From: Basidiobolus meristosporus CBS 931.73
Lineage: Eukaryota > Fungi > Basidiobolomycota
DNA length: 64,000 bases
Direction of reading: 5' to 3'
Assembly: GCA_002104905.1 (NCBI GenBank)
Contig: MCFE01000058.1
Location: forward strand, 62,001 to 126,000
Part shown: piece after piece, positions 11,812-24,559 of the stretch
Layout: each line of letters opens with the position of its first letter
Numbering within the stretch: position 1 is the stretch's first letter
Translations under genes and position numbers: made by a program
Notes under the pieces: model-generated
The model's database searches: none
What the model was told of the DNA's origin: nothing
What the model saw: only the letters and a program-made list of their open reading frames with translations

Positions 11812-12345
11812 TGTCACAACACTGTCTAGAGACCGTTGAAAAATAATTGCACCCCAGGTTTCACAAAAAACTTGGTCAAAATTTTTCATCACAACAATGT
11901 ATAAGTGGCTTTTAATTGGTTCCCAATCCCCATCCCCCCATCCTTTGGATGAGGGGGGGAGAAGCAACCAAGTGCCCCACCCCCTCCACCTACCCACCGC
12001 AGGGGGATTGGTATATATGGTAACTACATGTCACATGGCCTAGTTGCATGATCAGCTGACCCCTGACATATCTCCCTGTGATATTCCAGTCTGTTCTTTA
12101 GTATATTCTATCTTGGCACACCTACTGTGCCTCACCCCAGAACCCCATCAGTATTAGCCAATATCTCTTGGAATCCATATTGCCAAAAAGTATATATAGT
12201 CCTATACCCCCTTATGTATTCCTCAGTCTGATAAACACAGGTCTTGAATAAACAGCCTTGCCTTGGAAATCCGCCTTGCCTTATTGATCCACACCTAAGT
12301 CCTTTCTTGGTCCTGCCTTGACTAGCCCTACTCTCCTGCCTTGTG
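11812..12345 (+). repeat. Truncated LTR-like sequence of a third, unrelated family
   Basis: Starts TGTCACAAC. TATATATAG at ~12191 and AATAAA at ~12247 are in U3-R order. No matching 3' end and no second copy in the window. Confidence 0.5.
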
Positions 12346-12349
12346 TCTA

Positions 12350-15295
12350 TTCATAATACCAGGAGCTCTCCAAGTAAACCTCAGAAGCAGTGAAGGCAGC
12401 TATACACTGACCTTTAAAGAAGTACTCTATGAGCCAGAAATAGCCAAGAGCCTACTATTTGTAAGCAAGGCAACTGCAGAAGGACTCTACTTCAGCTTTG
12501 ACAATTCTGGATGCAGGATCACTGATCAAAATACCGCCCATATTGCTTTGGATACCAAAGATCAGAATCTATACAAGTTGACTTATGTTCCATCATATCT
12601 GAAAGCCAACATAAGTGACTTAAATGAAGAAGCACCAATGCCTTGACACAGGAGACTTGGGCACATCAATTTTGATTATCTGCACAAAATGATCAAAGGT
12701 CAGCTAATATCCAGAGTAAAAGGTGATACCCCATCTAGTTTAGAGCACCATCAGGCCTGCATATATGGAAATCAAGCCAGAAGACTGTTCAAGAGCTCTG
12801 GGCTAATTAAAAGTAAGAAAAATAAAATCTAATTCACTGAGATCTGTGTGGACCTGGGTAAAATTTATCCTTAGGAGGGATGTAGTATTCAATCACTTTT
12901 ATTGATGATTATACAAGATACTCATGGGTCTATTGCATGGAAAGAAAGGAAAAAGCTATACCTAAGCTCAGGAAGCTTGAAGACATGGTGGAGAGAGAAA
13001 CTGGTGAAAAAATTCAAGAAAATTTTCTCTGACAATGGTGGAAAATATACCTCAAAACTCTTCATCAACTTCTGCAAAATTCATGGGATAAAGCAAGAGA
13101 CTACTGTACCATACTCCCCAGAGCAAAATGGAGTAGCAGAATGTGTAAACAGATCAATAGCTGATAAGGCAGGATCAATTATACTTGATCATAATTTATC
13201 CTATGATTTTTGGGCAGATTCAGTTGCCACAGCTATATACCTTAAAAGTAGGAGTCATAACAGAATACTTTGTGATTCTACTCCATTTGAAGCATGGTAT
13301 GGATACAGAATAAGTGCAGAACATCTCTGAATATATGTGTGTACAGCACATGCCAAGATCCTGTCTGTGAATCAGCCAAACTAAGAGCCAAAAAGTGAAA
13401 AAGTATATTTTTGGGCTACTGCAATGATAGTAAGGCATAGAGACTCTAAAGTACTATAGCACAGAAGCTGAGCAAGTCCAGGGATGTGTTGTCTGATCAA
13501 AATTCAGATTATCACAAAAAATGACATGAGATAATGACAAAATATTTGATATCAGATCCACTAATAGTCATGATTGAATCATAGCAAAACAATGAAAGCT
13601 TTTCACTCCAGAGGACTTTAAAACCATGGTTCAGTGTGAATCAGTGCCCAGGAATATCCCTGAAGTGATCATTCCAGTATCAAATGCCTGGAGATTCAAC
13701 CAGACAAAAAAAGCCCAAATTACTATATCAATGATAGTACAAACTTAGCTATACCTATTCAGTCCATCTTGATGAGCCCCAGACTCTAAAAGAAGCCCTA
13801 AGTAGCCCTCAGACAAAGTTTTGGAGATCTGCAATGATTGAGGAGTATCAGGCCCTAATGGAAAATCAAACTTAGAATTTAGTCAAATTACCAATGAATC
13901 AAAAATCAATTGGATGCAGATGGGCCTTTAAGACAAAGTACAAGACTAGAGGTACAATTGATAGATACAAAGCAAGACTTGTGTCCAAAGAATACTCTCA
14001 AGCAAAAGGACTTGACTTTACTGAGACCTTTGCACTGGTAGCCAAGTTTAATAATGGCTATTGCAGCCAAACACAAGTTTCTTATTCATCAGATGGATGT
14101 AAAAGCTGCATTTTTAAATGGAGAACTTGATGAGGACATGTATATGGACCAACCTGATGGATTTGTTGACCAAGATAACCCCTATTTGGTCTGAAAGCTT
14201 AAAAAATCTTTACGTGGTCTCACACATTCACCAAGAGCCTGTAATTCCAAGATAGATTGTTATTTGGAATCTTTGAGCCTCAAAGGAGTAATGCTGACTA
14301 TAGAATGTACTATAAGCCAGATAGCGCAAATACAGCTCTATTGGCTTTATATGTGGATGACCTTTTCATAGCCACCAATAACTTAGCAACATTGGAACAG
14401 ACTAAATCCAGCCCATCAAAAGCATTCAGGATGTCTAATCTGAGAGAACTCAGTTACTACTTAGACATGAACTTCTCCATAGACAGAAGACCCAGACTAT
14501 CACCCTAAGCCAATACAAGTATATTCAAGATATATCAAGGAAGTGGTATATTAAAGACTGTAAACTAGCGGTTATCACAGTGGAGACAAGCCCCAACATG
14601 GTCAAAACTCAACTAAATCAAGAGAGCTTAGATCCATCTGAAAGTCCTGACTTTCCTTATCAATCTGTGATCAGCAGTCTGATGAATATTATGCTTGGAA
14701 CGCATCCAGATGTCTCATATTCAGTGGGTGTTGTCTGCCAACATAATCAGAACTATGGATCTGATCATATTGCAGCAGTTAAGCAGATTTTTAGATATCT
14801 GAAAGGAACTGCTGATATCTGCTTAAAGTACACTTACAAGAATCCAGAACAGGATCTTGCGGGATACACTGATGCTGATCAGGGACAAAATCTGAGCACA
14901 GTAGTTCCACCACAGGATACACCTTTCTTTACTGTCAAGGAGCAATTTCATGGAATTCAAGAAAGCAACCTACTATAGCACTGTCTACCACAGAGGCAGA
15001 GTATATGGCAGCCTGTGAAGCTACAAGAGAAGCAATGTGGCTAAGAAAGCTTTACATATTTAGGCCTATGTCAAATATGCATATGACTTTATTCCAAGAT
15101 AATCAAGGATGCATATAATTAGGTAGAAATCCAACTTTTCATGCTAGTACTAAGACCATAGATACTATACATCATTTCATTTGTGAAGCTAAAGAGAATA
15201 GCTTAGTTAGCTTGGTTTACTGTCCTTCACATGAAATGCTTGCAGACATACTTACCAAGCCATTAGCTAGAGTCAAGTATGAATATCTTAGAATT
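12350..15295 (+). mobile_element. Copia family A host element, pol part (decayed PR-IN-RT-RH)
   Basis: GAG-pre-integrase, SDNGGKY...PEQNGVAE (12902-13330), RT YKARLV, ALYVDDL (14257-14508), RNase H GYTDAD. Continues the element broken at 793. Confidence 0.92.
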
Positions 15296-18200
15296 TGTTG
15301 TAAGAGTCTTGGAGATATTGGAAGTGATTGGGAGAACAAGTAGATTATGTGGTTCCACATAATGATCTATTCAATGTAAAAGTAGTATTTATACTTCTAC
15401 ATAGTCTTGGCATTACAAACATGTAGAATAGGTTAAGGAAGGTTCCAAGAACATGTGTGCAAAGTTTGGGGCTATTTGAACAACTCTGAGAATTTTCATG
15501 TTCTGGGTACCTGATATTTTGGTGAAAATATTCTAAGTAAATCCCAACAAGGAATTAGGTCAGTATTCTCTAGGATATGAAGGTAATGATCTAAGCAACT
15601 AAGTTAGGTGAATATTTAGGTGGAAATACAAGTTCTTACAACACTCCCACTCAGCTTAATGTTTATACTGACTAGTCCTAATTTTAACCTAAGATATTCA
15701 ATCTTGTCTCTAGCTAATGGTTAGGTAAATATGTCTGCAATCATTTCATCTGTAGGACAGTAAATTAAGCTAACTAAGTTATTTTCTATAGCTTCACTTA
15801 TGCAATGAAGTCTAACATCTGTGTGCTTGGTTCTAGCATGAAAAGTTGGATTTCTACCTAATTGAATATATCCTTGATTATCTTGAAATAAAGTAATAGG
15901 CATTTTTTGATATAGGCCTAAATCTATAAAAGCTTTCTTAACCACACTGCTTCTTTTGTAGCTTCACAGGCTGCCATATACTTGGCCTCTGTGGTAGAAA
16001 GTGCTACAGTAGGTTGCTTTCTTAAATTCCATGAAATTGCTCCTTTACAGTAAGGAAAGGTGTATCCTGTGGTGGATCTTCTGTCTTCTAAATTTTGTCC
16101 CCAATTGGCATCAGAGTATCCCACAAGATCCTGTTCTGAGATCTTATAAGTGTATCTTAAGCAGATATCTGCTGTTCCTTTTAGGTATCTAAAAATCTGC
16201 CTAACTACTGCAATATGATCCAAACCATAGTTCTGATTATGTTGGCTGACAACTCCTATTGAATATGAGATATCTGGACATGTTCCAAGCATGATATACA
16301 TCAGAATGCCAGCAATAGACTGATAAGGAAAGTCAGGGTTTTCAGATGGCACCAAGCTCTCTTTACTTGGTTGAGTTTTGACCAAGTTAAGGTTTGTCTT
16401 CATTGGGGTAGCTGCCGGTTTACAGTCTTCCATTTTGTACTTCTTTAATATATCTTGAATACACTTGGATTGGTTAGGGAAATAGTCTGGGTACTTCTGT
16501 CTATGGAGAACTTACTCCCTAAGTAGCAACCGAGTTCTCCTGGATCAGATATCTTTAACCCCTTAGATAGGCTGGATTTTGTCTCTTCCAATGTTTCTAG
16601 GTTATTGGTGGCTATAATAAGGTCATCCACATATGGAGCTAATAGAACCGGATTTGCTCTATCTGGCTTATAGTATATACTATAGTCAGCATTACTCCTT
16701 ACAAAACTCATAGATTCCAAATAAGAATCTATCTTGCAATTCCAGGCTCTTGGTGATTGTTTGAGACTGTACAGTGACTTTTTAAGCTTGCAGACCAAAT
16801 GGGGGTTATCTTTGTCAACAAACCCATCAGGCTGGCCCATATACATATCCTCATCAAGTTCTTCATTCAAAAATGCAGCTTTTACATCCATCTAATGAAT
16901 TAAAAACTTATATTTGGCTGCAATAGCCAATATTCATCTGATGGAATTAAACCTGGCTACTGGTGCAAAGGTCTCAGTATAGTCAAGTCCTTTTGTTTGA
17001 GAGTATCCTTTGGCCACAAGTCTTGCTTTATATATTTCAACTGTACCATCAGCCTTGTATTTTGGCTTGAAGACCCATCTGCACCCAATTGATTTTTGGT
17101 TGATTGGTAATTTGACTAAGTCACAAGTTTGATTTTCCATCAGGGCCTGATATTCCTCAGTTATTGCAGATCTCTAAAATTTTGTCTGCAGGCTATTTCG
17201 GGCCTCTTTTACAGTCTGGGGCTCATCAATATGGACTGAATAGGCATAAGTTAAGTTTGTACACTCATTGATATAGTGATTTGGGCCATTTCTTGTTTGA
17301 TTGGATCTCTGGGCATTTGTTACTGGAATGTTCACTTCTGGGATATTCCTGGGCACTGATTCTGGCTGTACCATGGTTGTAGAGTCCTCTGGAGTGAAAA
17401 AATTTCATTGTTTTGCTTGGATTCAATCCTGACAATTGGTGGATTTGAGATCAGATTTTTGTCATCATCTGATATCATTTTTTGTGAAAATTTTGAGTTT
17501 AAATCAAACAGCACATCCCTGGACTTGATTGACTTCTTTGCTTTGGTATTGTTGAGTCTGTATGCTTTACTATCATTGCAGTAGCCCAAAAGTATGCATT
17601 CTACACTTTTTGGCTCAAATTTGACTGATTTCTGGGCTGTTTCCTGGCATATGCTGTACACCCAAATATTCTTAGATGTTCTGCACTTGACCTGTATCCA
17701 TTCCATGCTTCAAATGGAGTAGAATCATAAAGTATTCTGTTATGAGTCCTATTTTTAAGATATGCAGCAGTGGCAACTGATTCTGCCCTAAATTCATAGG
17801 ATAATTTTTGATCATGGAGCATAGATCTTGCCAAAGCAATTATTGATCTGTTAGCACATTCTGCTACTCAATTTTGCTGTGGGGAGTATGGTACAGTAGT
17901 CTCTTGCTTTATCCCATGAATTATGCAGAAGTGGATGAAGAGTTTTGAGGTATATTCTCCACCATTGTCAGAGCAAATTTTCTTGATTTTTTTACCAGTT
18001 TCTCTTTTCATTATAGCCTTAAACTCCCTGAACTTAGACAGAGCTTCTTCCTTTCTCTTCTTGCAGTAGACCCATGTGTATCTTGTATAATCATCAATAA
18101 AAGTGATTAAATACTTCATCCTGCTTAAGGATAAATCTTGCATAGGTCCACACAGATCAGAGTGAATCAGATCTAATTTTTCTTAGTTTTGATTGACCCA

Positions 18201-19971
18201 GAGCTCTTGAATGGTTGTCTGGCTTGTTTCTCATATATGCAGGCTTCACAGTGCTCCATATGAGCTGGGGGATCAATTTTCACTCCAGAAATTAGCTGAT
18301 CTTTGATCATTTTGAGCAAAAATTCAGAATTGATGTGCCCAAATCTCCTGTGCCAAAGCATTGGTGTTTCTTCATTTAAGTTACTTATATTGGCTTCCAA
18401 ATATGATGGAACATAAGTCAACTTGTATAGATTCTGATCTTTGCTATCCAAAGCAATATTGGCACCATTTCAATCAGTGATCTTGCATCCAGAATTATCA
18501 AAGCTGAAACTGAGTCCTTCTGCAGTGGCCTTGCTTACAGATAGTAGGTTCTTGGCTATTTCTGGTACATAGAGTAATTTGTTGAAAGTCCGTGTATGGC
18601 TTCCTGCATTGCTTCTTAGGTTTACTTGGATAGCTTCTGCTCCCACTGCATCAAGTGTTTTACTGTCACCTATGAACACCTTCTTAATTGGAATTTCTTG
18701 ATATTGGGTAAAAAGTTCTTTTTGGTGTGTAAATTGTTGAGATGCTAGAGAGTCAATACACCACCTTGGATAATCCTTGTTTGTGGTCATATTAGTGCAG
18801 ATATGCATGGTCTATCTTCAGTTGTTGCAGCATTTTCATATTCAGGCTTCTTTTGCTGATTATCTTTCTTTTTGAGACACCGGTCTGATGTGTGTCCTTT
18901 CCTTTTGCAGTAGTTACAAAACAGGTTGCTGTTGCCTTTGTAGGGTTTTGGGTACCTCCTTTGTTGATTATCATTGCTTATTAAAGAATCTTCTTCTTCC
19001 TTCTTATCATGCTTGATTTTCTTAATTATTCATCCAGGAGCCTTCCATATATGTAATTTAAGGTTAAATCATCAGTTCTGGACTCTAGGGCTGATACAAG
19101 GCCCTGAAGCTTGTCTGTCAGGATATTCAGGATGGTAACTATCACATCCTCATCAGTAGTTGGTACGCCCACCAATTCCATCTGATCTATCAACAGGGTA
19201 AATATGTTAATTAGATTTTTCATTTCTTCTCCTGGCAGCATCTTTGTAGTGAAGAATCTTCATCTCAGATACATTTTCTTAGCAGCTGAACATGACTGGT
19301 AGGTGTCTTTTAATGCCTTCCAGGCATTCTTTGCCATTTTTGCTTTTAAGCATTGAATTAGCAATTTGTCTTAAACATTAAGGCAAATGCAGTTAAAGGC
19401 ACTTTGTTCTTTCTTCTGATACTTGAAGGCTTCCTCTCCCATGCTCTTAGGAGGGCATTCTTCTCCCATGACAGTATCCCAAAGGCCTCTTTCTTGTAGC
19501 AGCATCTTCATCTTCCCTTCCACACTTGGTAGTTAGATCCATCTAACTTTTCAGCAGAGGGAAAAATTCCAGTAATACAAGTAGTAGACATTGCAGGGAG
19601 TGACAGCTCAAGGCTCATAACCTGTTGTAAGAGTCTTGGAAATTGTGAAAATGATTGGGAGAACAGGTAGATTATGTGGTTTTCACTTAATGATTTATTG
19701 AATGTAAAAGTAGTATTTATACTTTTACATAGTCTTGGCATTACAAACATGTAGAATAGGCTAAGGAAGGTCCCAAGAACATGTGTGCAATGTTTGAGGC
19801 TGTTTGGACAACTTTGAGAATTTTGATGCTCTGGGTACCTGGTATTTTGGTGAAAATATTCTATGTAAATCCCAACAAGGAATTTTGTCAGTATTTTCTA
19901 GGATATGAAGATAATGATCTAAGTGACTAAGTTAGGTGAATATTTAGGTGGAAATACAAATTTTTACAACA
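15296..19971 (-). mobile_element. Full-length (decayed) copia family A element with TSD GAATT
   Basis: LTRs 15296-15643 and 19623-19971 (TGTTGTAA..TTACAACA, ~90% identical by eye). TSD GAATT at 15291-15295 and 19972-19976. PBS 19612-19622 (GGTTATGAGCC on -). PPT 15644-15655. gag-PR-IN-RT-RH fragments in copia order. Confidence 0.96.
19612..19622 (-). promoter_or_regulatory. Half-tRNAiMet-type PBS (GGTTATGAGCC)
   Basis: Directly abuts the 5' LTR. Complementary to the initiator tRNA anticodon arm (GGCUCAUAACC), as in Ty5/Drosophila copia-type priming. The same motif occurs at 24496-24506, 30618-30630, 31234-31246, 43502-43514 and 63859-63871. Confidence 0.85.
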
Positions 19972-20360
19972 GAATTAGGACTAGTCAGTTTGAACATTTA
20001 GCTGAGCAGGAGTGTTGTAAAATTTGTGATTACACCTAAACATTCACCCAGCTTAGTCACCTAGATCATTAACTTCAAATATTAGAGAATACTGACTAAA
20101 TTCCTTGTTGAAACCTATTTAGAATATTTTCACCAAAACACTAGGTACCCAGAGCATCAAAATTCTCAAAGTTGTCCAAACAGCCCCAAACTTTGCACAC
20201 ATGTTCTTGGGACCTTTCTTAGCCCATTCTACATGTTTTTTATACCAAGACCATGGAAAAGTACTAATACTACTTTTACATTCAATAGATTGTTAAGTGA
20301 AAACCACATAATCTACTTGTTCTCCCTATCACTTCCAATATCTTCAAGACTCTCATAACA
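19972..20360 (+). repeat. 3' end of the copia A host element: PPT (20001-20012) and 3' LTR (20013-20360)
   Basis: GCTGAGCAGGAG then TGTTGTAAAA...CTCATAACA, 348 bp, same family as 61690-62038. Confidence 0.92.
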
Positions 20361-21100
20361 GTCTTCACTTACCAGTTCATCAAATGTAAAAGCAGTACTT
20401 ATGCTCTTACATGGTGTTGGCATTTTGTGCATCAACACTCAAAACATAGCCAATTTTATTCTGCTAGAAAATATAGTACCCTAGCTGATTTTCCCTAACC
20501 CAAACATAACTAATTCCAGTTATATTTTATTTTATCACTTCTCAGAATCTATTTTTAGCTGTCACACCTTATCAATTTTCATATGGCATTATATCCTCAA
20601 CTGATCTGCTAAGTCTTTTCCAGTGATTAGTCATCTGAGATCTATCAAACCACTCAGCAGTTGCCAAGATATCAGCTGATTAATGATGCAAGTTTTCATT
20701 TATCTTATGCACTTATCAACACCCCAGCAGATTTCTTTTAGTCCAGTCACTTGGGGATACCTAATTCAGCTTGATCAGAAGCATATAAATAAAGCTTACT
20801 GAACCTTTTGGTTTTGTGTGTGTCTCAACAAACTTAAGATTGTGTCTCAGCAAAATTAAGAATGCAACAATTACATTCTAGTTCCTACCCAAGCCTAACA
20901 TATCAAGCAGTCCAAGCACACAAAGCCTAGCTGGCATAGCAAACCAACTCTGTTGACTTATAGCCCAACTTGGCAATGTACAAGACTAGTACTAGACCAG
21001 AACCTCTCTGCTAGTATTTTTGTCACTCTTAACAATTCTAAGATTCTGCACATAATTGTCCCTTAGGTTCAGTTAACTCTTTCAAGTGTTTTATTACAGC
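20361..21100. other. Unassigned degenerate sequence, possibly an old LTR
   Basis: TATAAATAAA at ~20784 followed by an imperfect 22-bp tandem duplication (TGTGTCTCAACAAACTTAAGAT / TGTGTCTCAGCAAAATTAAGAA, ~20819-20862). No partner copy found. Confidence 0.25.
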
Positions 21101-21104
21101 TTTC

Positions 21105-24100
21105 TCTTGGATATAACAGGCATAAAAAGCATGTAGCATAGGTTCAGCAAGGTCCCAAGAGCTTGTGTGCAGAGTTTGGGGCTGCTTGGACAACTTTGAG
21201 AATTTTCATGTTTTGGGTACCTGATACTTTGGTGAAAATATTTTAAGTAAATCCCAACAAGGTACTTGGTCAGTATTCTCTGAAGTTGGAAGGTAATGAT
21301 CAAAGAGACTAAGTTAGATGAATATTTAGGTGGAATTATGAATTTTACAACACTGCCACTCAGCTTATGTTCATACTGACCAGTCCTAATTTGGACCTAA
21401 GATATTCAAACTTGTCTCTAGCTAATGGTTTGATAAATTGCCTAAATCTTTAAAGAGCTTCCTTAACCACATAGCTTCTTTTATAGCTTCACAGGCAGTC
21501 ATATACTCTGCCCCTGCGGTAAAAAGTGCTATGGTTTATTGCTTTCTTGAATTCCATGATAGTGCTCCTATATGGTAAAGAAAGGTGTATCCTGTGGCAG
21601 ATCTTCTGTCTTCCACGTTCTGTCCCCAATCAGCATTGGAGTATCCCACAAGATCTTGTTCTGAGTCTTTGTAGGAATACCTTAAGCAGATTTCAGCACT
21701 TCCTTCTAGGTATCTAAAAATCCACTTAACTGCTGCAATATGATCAGATCCATAGTTCTGATCAGGCTAGCAGACAGCTCCCACTGTAAATGAGATATCT
21801 GGATGTGTTCCAAGAATGATATACATAATAATGCAAATCATATACTGATAAGAAAAGTCAGGGCTTCCAGATGGCATCAAGCTCTTGTGATTTGGCTGAG
21901 TTTCGATCAGGTTAAGGTTTGTCTCCATTAGAGTAACTGCTAGTTTACAGTCTTCCATTTAATACATCCTTAGTATATCTTGAATATACTTGGGTTAACT
22001 TGAGGTGATAGTCTGGGTATTTCTGTCCATGAAGAACTTTATGCCTAAGTAGTAACTGAGTTCCCCTAGATTGGACATCCTGAACTCTTAAGATGGGCTG
22101 GATTTGATGTCTTCCAATGCTTCTAGCTTATTGGTGACTCAATAAGATCATCCACATATAAAACTAATAGAGCTGGATTTGCTGAATCTGGCTCATAGTA
22201 TATACTATAGTCAACTCTACACCTTTTGAAAGTCCAATACTCCAAATCAGAATCTATCTGGCAAATCCAGGCTCTTGGTGATTGTTTGAGACCATATAGA
22301 GCATTTTTAAGCTTGCCAACCAAACAGAGGCTTTTTTGGACAATAAACCCATCAGGCTAGTCTATGTACATGTCCTTATCAAGTTCTCCATTCTAAAAAG
22401 CAGTTTTCACCTCTTTTTGATGCATAAAAAGCTTATATTTGGCTGCAATAGCCAGTATTAATCCAATGAAATTGAACTTGGCTACTTGTGCAAAGGTCTC
22501 AGTAGAGTCAAGCCCTTTTGTTTGAGAGTATCCTTTGGTCAAAAGGCTTGCTTTGTATCTTTGAATTGTACCATCAGCCTTGCATTTGTCTTAAAGACCC
22601 TTCCTCATCCAAATGATTTTTAGTTGCTGGGTAATTTGACCAAGTCTCATGTTTGATGTTTCATCTGGGCCTGATACTCCTTGGTCATTGTAGATCTCCA
22701 AAGCTTTGTCTGAGGGCTATTTAGAGCCTCTTTGACAGCCTGGAGCTCATAAGTATAGACTGAGTAGGTATGGGCTAAGTTTGTACCCTCATTGATATAG
22801 TACTTGGGCTATATCTTGTCCAGTTGAATCTCCTGGCATTTAATACTAAAAGATCCCTTCCAGCTTCATGCTAAGGCACAGCTGTACGGTCCTCTGGAGT
22901 AAAAAAATTCTCATCAATTTGCTCTGATTCAACCCTGGCTATGAGTGGACTTGAGATCAAATTTCTGTCATCATCTGATGTCATTGTTTGCAAACAATGG
23001 CTTTTCATCAAATAACATACCCCTGGACTTGCTCAGCATCTTTGCTTTGGTAGTGTAGAATCTCTATGCTTTACTCACATTGCAGTAGCCCATGTTGCAA
23101 TTTAAGAAGTGTTTTGGATATAAGGAACCTATCAAGAAATAGTGATAATATTTTAACTGTTGTTTATTAATAAAGAAGCTCAGTATTTATACCTTTGTAG
23201 AAGTAAAACAGCTGTAACACTAAGTAAGGAGGGTTTCTCAGTATTTGGGAGCATTCTGTAACAGTTTCAGGGTTAGTACATAATAGTTAGTATTAGTGCT
23301 AATTTGATCCTGACTAAAAGGGAATAATCATAGGATCATAGATCTGAAGAAAGTGGCAAAGTTAGAGCTGTAAATTAGTCCCACAGTGACCAATACCAGT
23401 CCAGAATTGTTAAGTAAATTTTTAGCTGCAGAATGATACCAAATAGTCCAATATTTCAACAGCGCAAAAGTATTTATTTTACACTTGTGGCTCAAATTCA
23501 ACTAATATTAAGGCAGTCTCTTGGCATATGTTGCACACCCAGATATTCTTTGATGTTTTGTGCTTGGTCTGTATTCATTCCTTGCTTAAAATGGAGTAGG
23601 ATCACAAAGCACTCTGTTATGACTCTCATTTTTAAGGTATTTAGCTGTGGCAACTGATTCAACCCAAAAATCTTTGGATAGTTTTTGGTCATGGATCATA
23701 GATCTTACTGTATTAATTATTGATTTGTTTGATAGATATTCTTCCTTTGTCTCTGTGAAGTAAACCCACATGTTCTTGTATAACCATCAAGAAAAGTGAT
23801 TAATACTTCATCCCACCTAAGGCAAAATATAGCTGTATCTCCTTTCTTGGTTGTTATTGCTTATTAAATCATTTTCTTCTTCCTTCTTATTGATGCACTA
23901 TTTTCTTAATTCTTCATCTTAGAGCCTTCCCTGTATATAACTTAAGGTCAAATCCTCAGTTCTGGATTTTAGGGCTATTACAAGGCACTAAAACTTCACT
24001 GTCAGGCTATTCAGGATTGTACTATCACATCCCCATCAGTGGTGGGTACACCTACATATTCCATCTCATCCACCAGCAGGATAATTCTGTTAATTGATTT

Positions 24101-24558
24101 TCATTTCCTCTCCAGGCAGCATCCTTGTCACAAAGAATTCTAGTCTAAGATACATTCTCTTAGCAGCCAAACATGACTGATATGCATTTTCTAATGCCTT
24201 CCTGGCATTCTTGGTGGTTTTTGCTGCTGAGCCTTGAATTGCAAATTTGTTTTTGCCATCAAGGCAAATGCATTTAAGGCACTTTGTTCTTTCTTCTGGT
24301 ACTTTAAGGCTTCCTCTCCCACATTTTTAAGGGGGCATTCTTTGCCCACAACAATATCCAATAGGCCTCTTTTTTCTAGCACCATCTTAATCTTCACCTT
24401 CTATACTTGGCAGTTAGATCCATCCAACTTTTCAGCAGAGGAAAAAATTTCAGTAATAGAAGCAGTAGTAAACATTGCAGAGAATGATAACATGAGGCTC
24501 ATAACATGTTGTTACAGTCTTGGAGATATTGGAAGTGATTGCAAGAGCAAGTTGATAA
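21105..24558 (-). mobile_element. Older, internally deleted copia family A element
   Basis: Partial 3' LTR to 21352 plus PPT; RH/RT/IN remnants 21353-23830; deletion joining integrase to gag at ~23830; gag ORF 24191-24397; PBS 24496-24506; 5' LTR 24507-24558 cut by a TIR-bearing insertion. Left limit is approximate. Confidence 0.88.
23093..23461 (-). repeat. Solo LTR of copia family B (369 bp)
   Basis: TGTTGCAAT...TTTCAACA. TSD GCCCA (23088-23092) / GCGCA (23462-23466). The uninterrupted host site GTAGCCCAAAAG is at ~17581. Confidence 0.93.
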
Positions 24559-24559
24559 T

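Noticed and set aside
12340-12365. CTATTC...CCAGG as the right TIR of CMC copy 1
   Set aside because: CAGGAGCTCTCCAAG aligns with host copia sequence, and the match to the reverse complement of the left end is poor.
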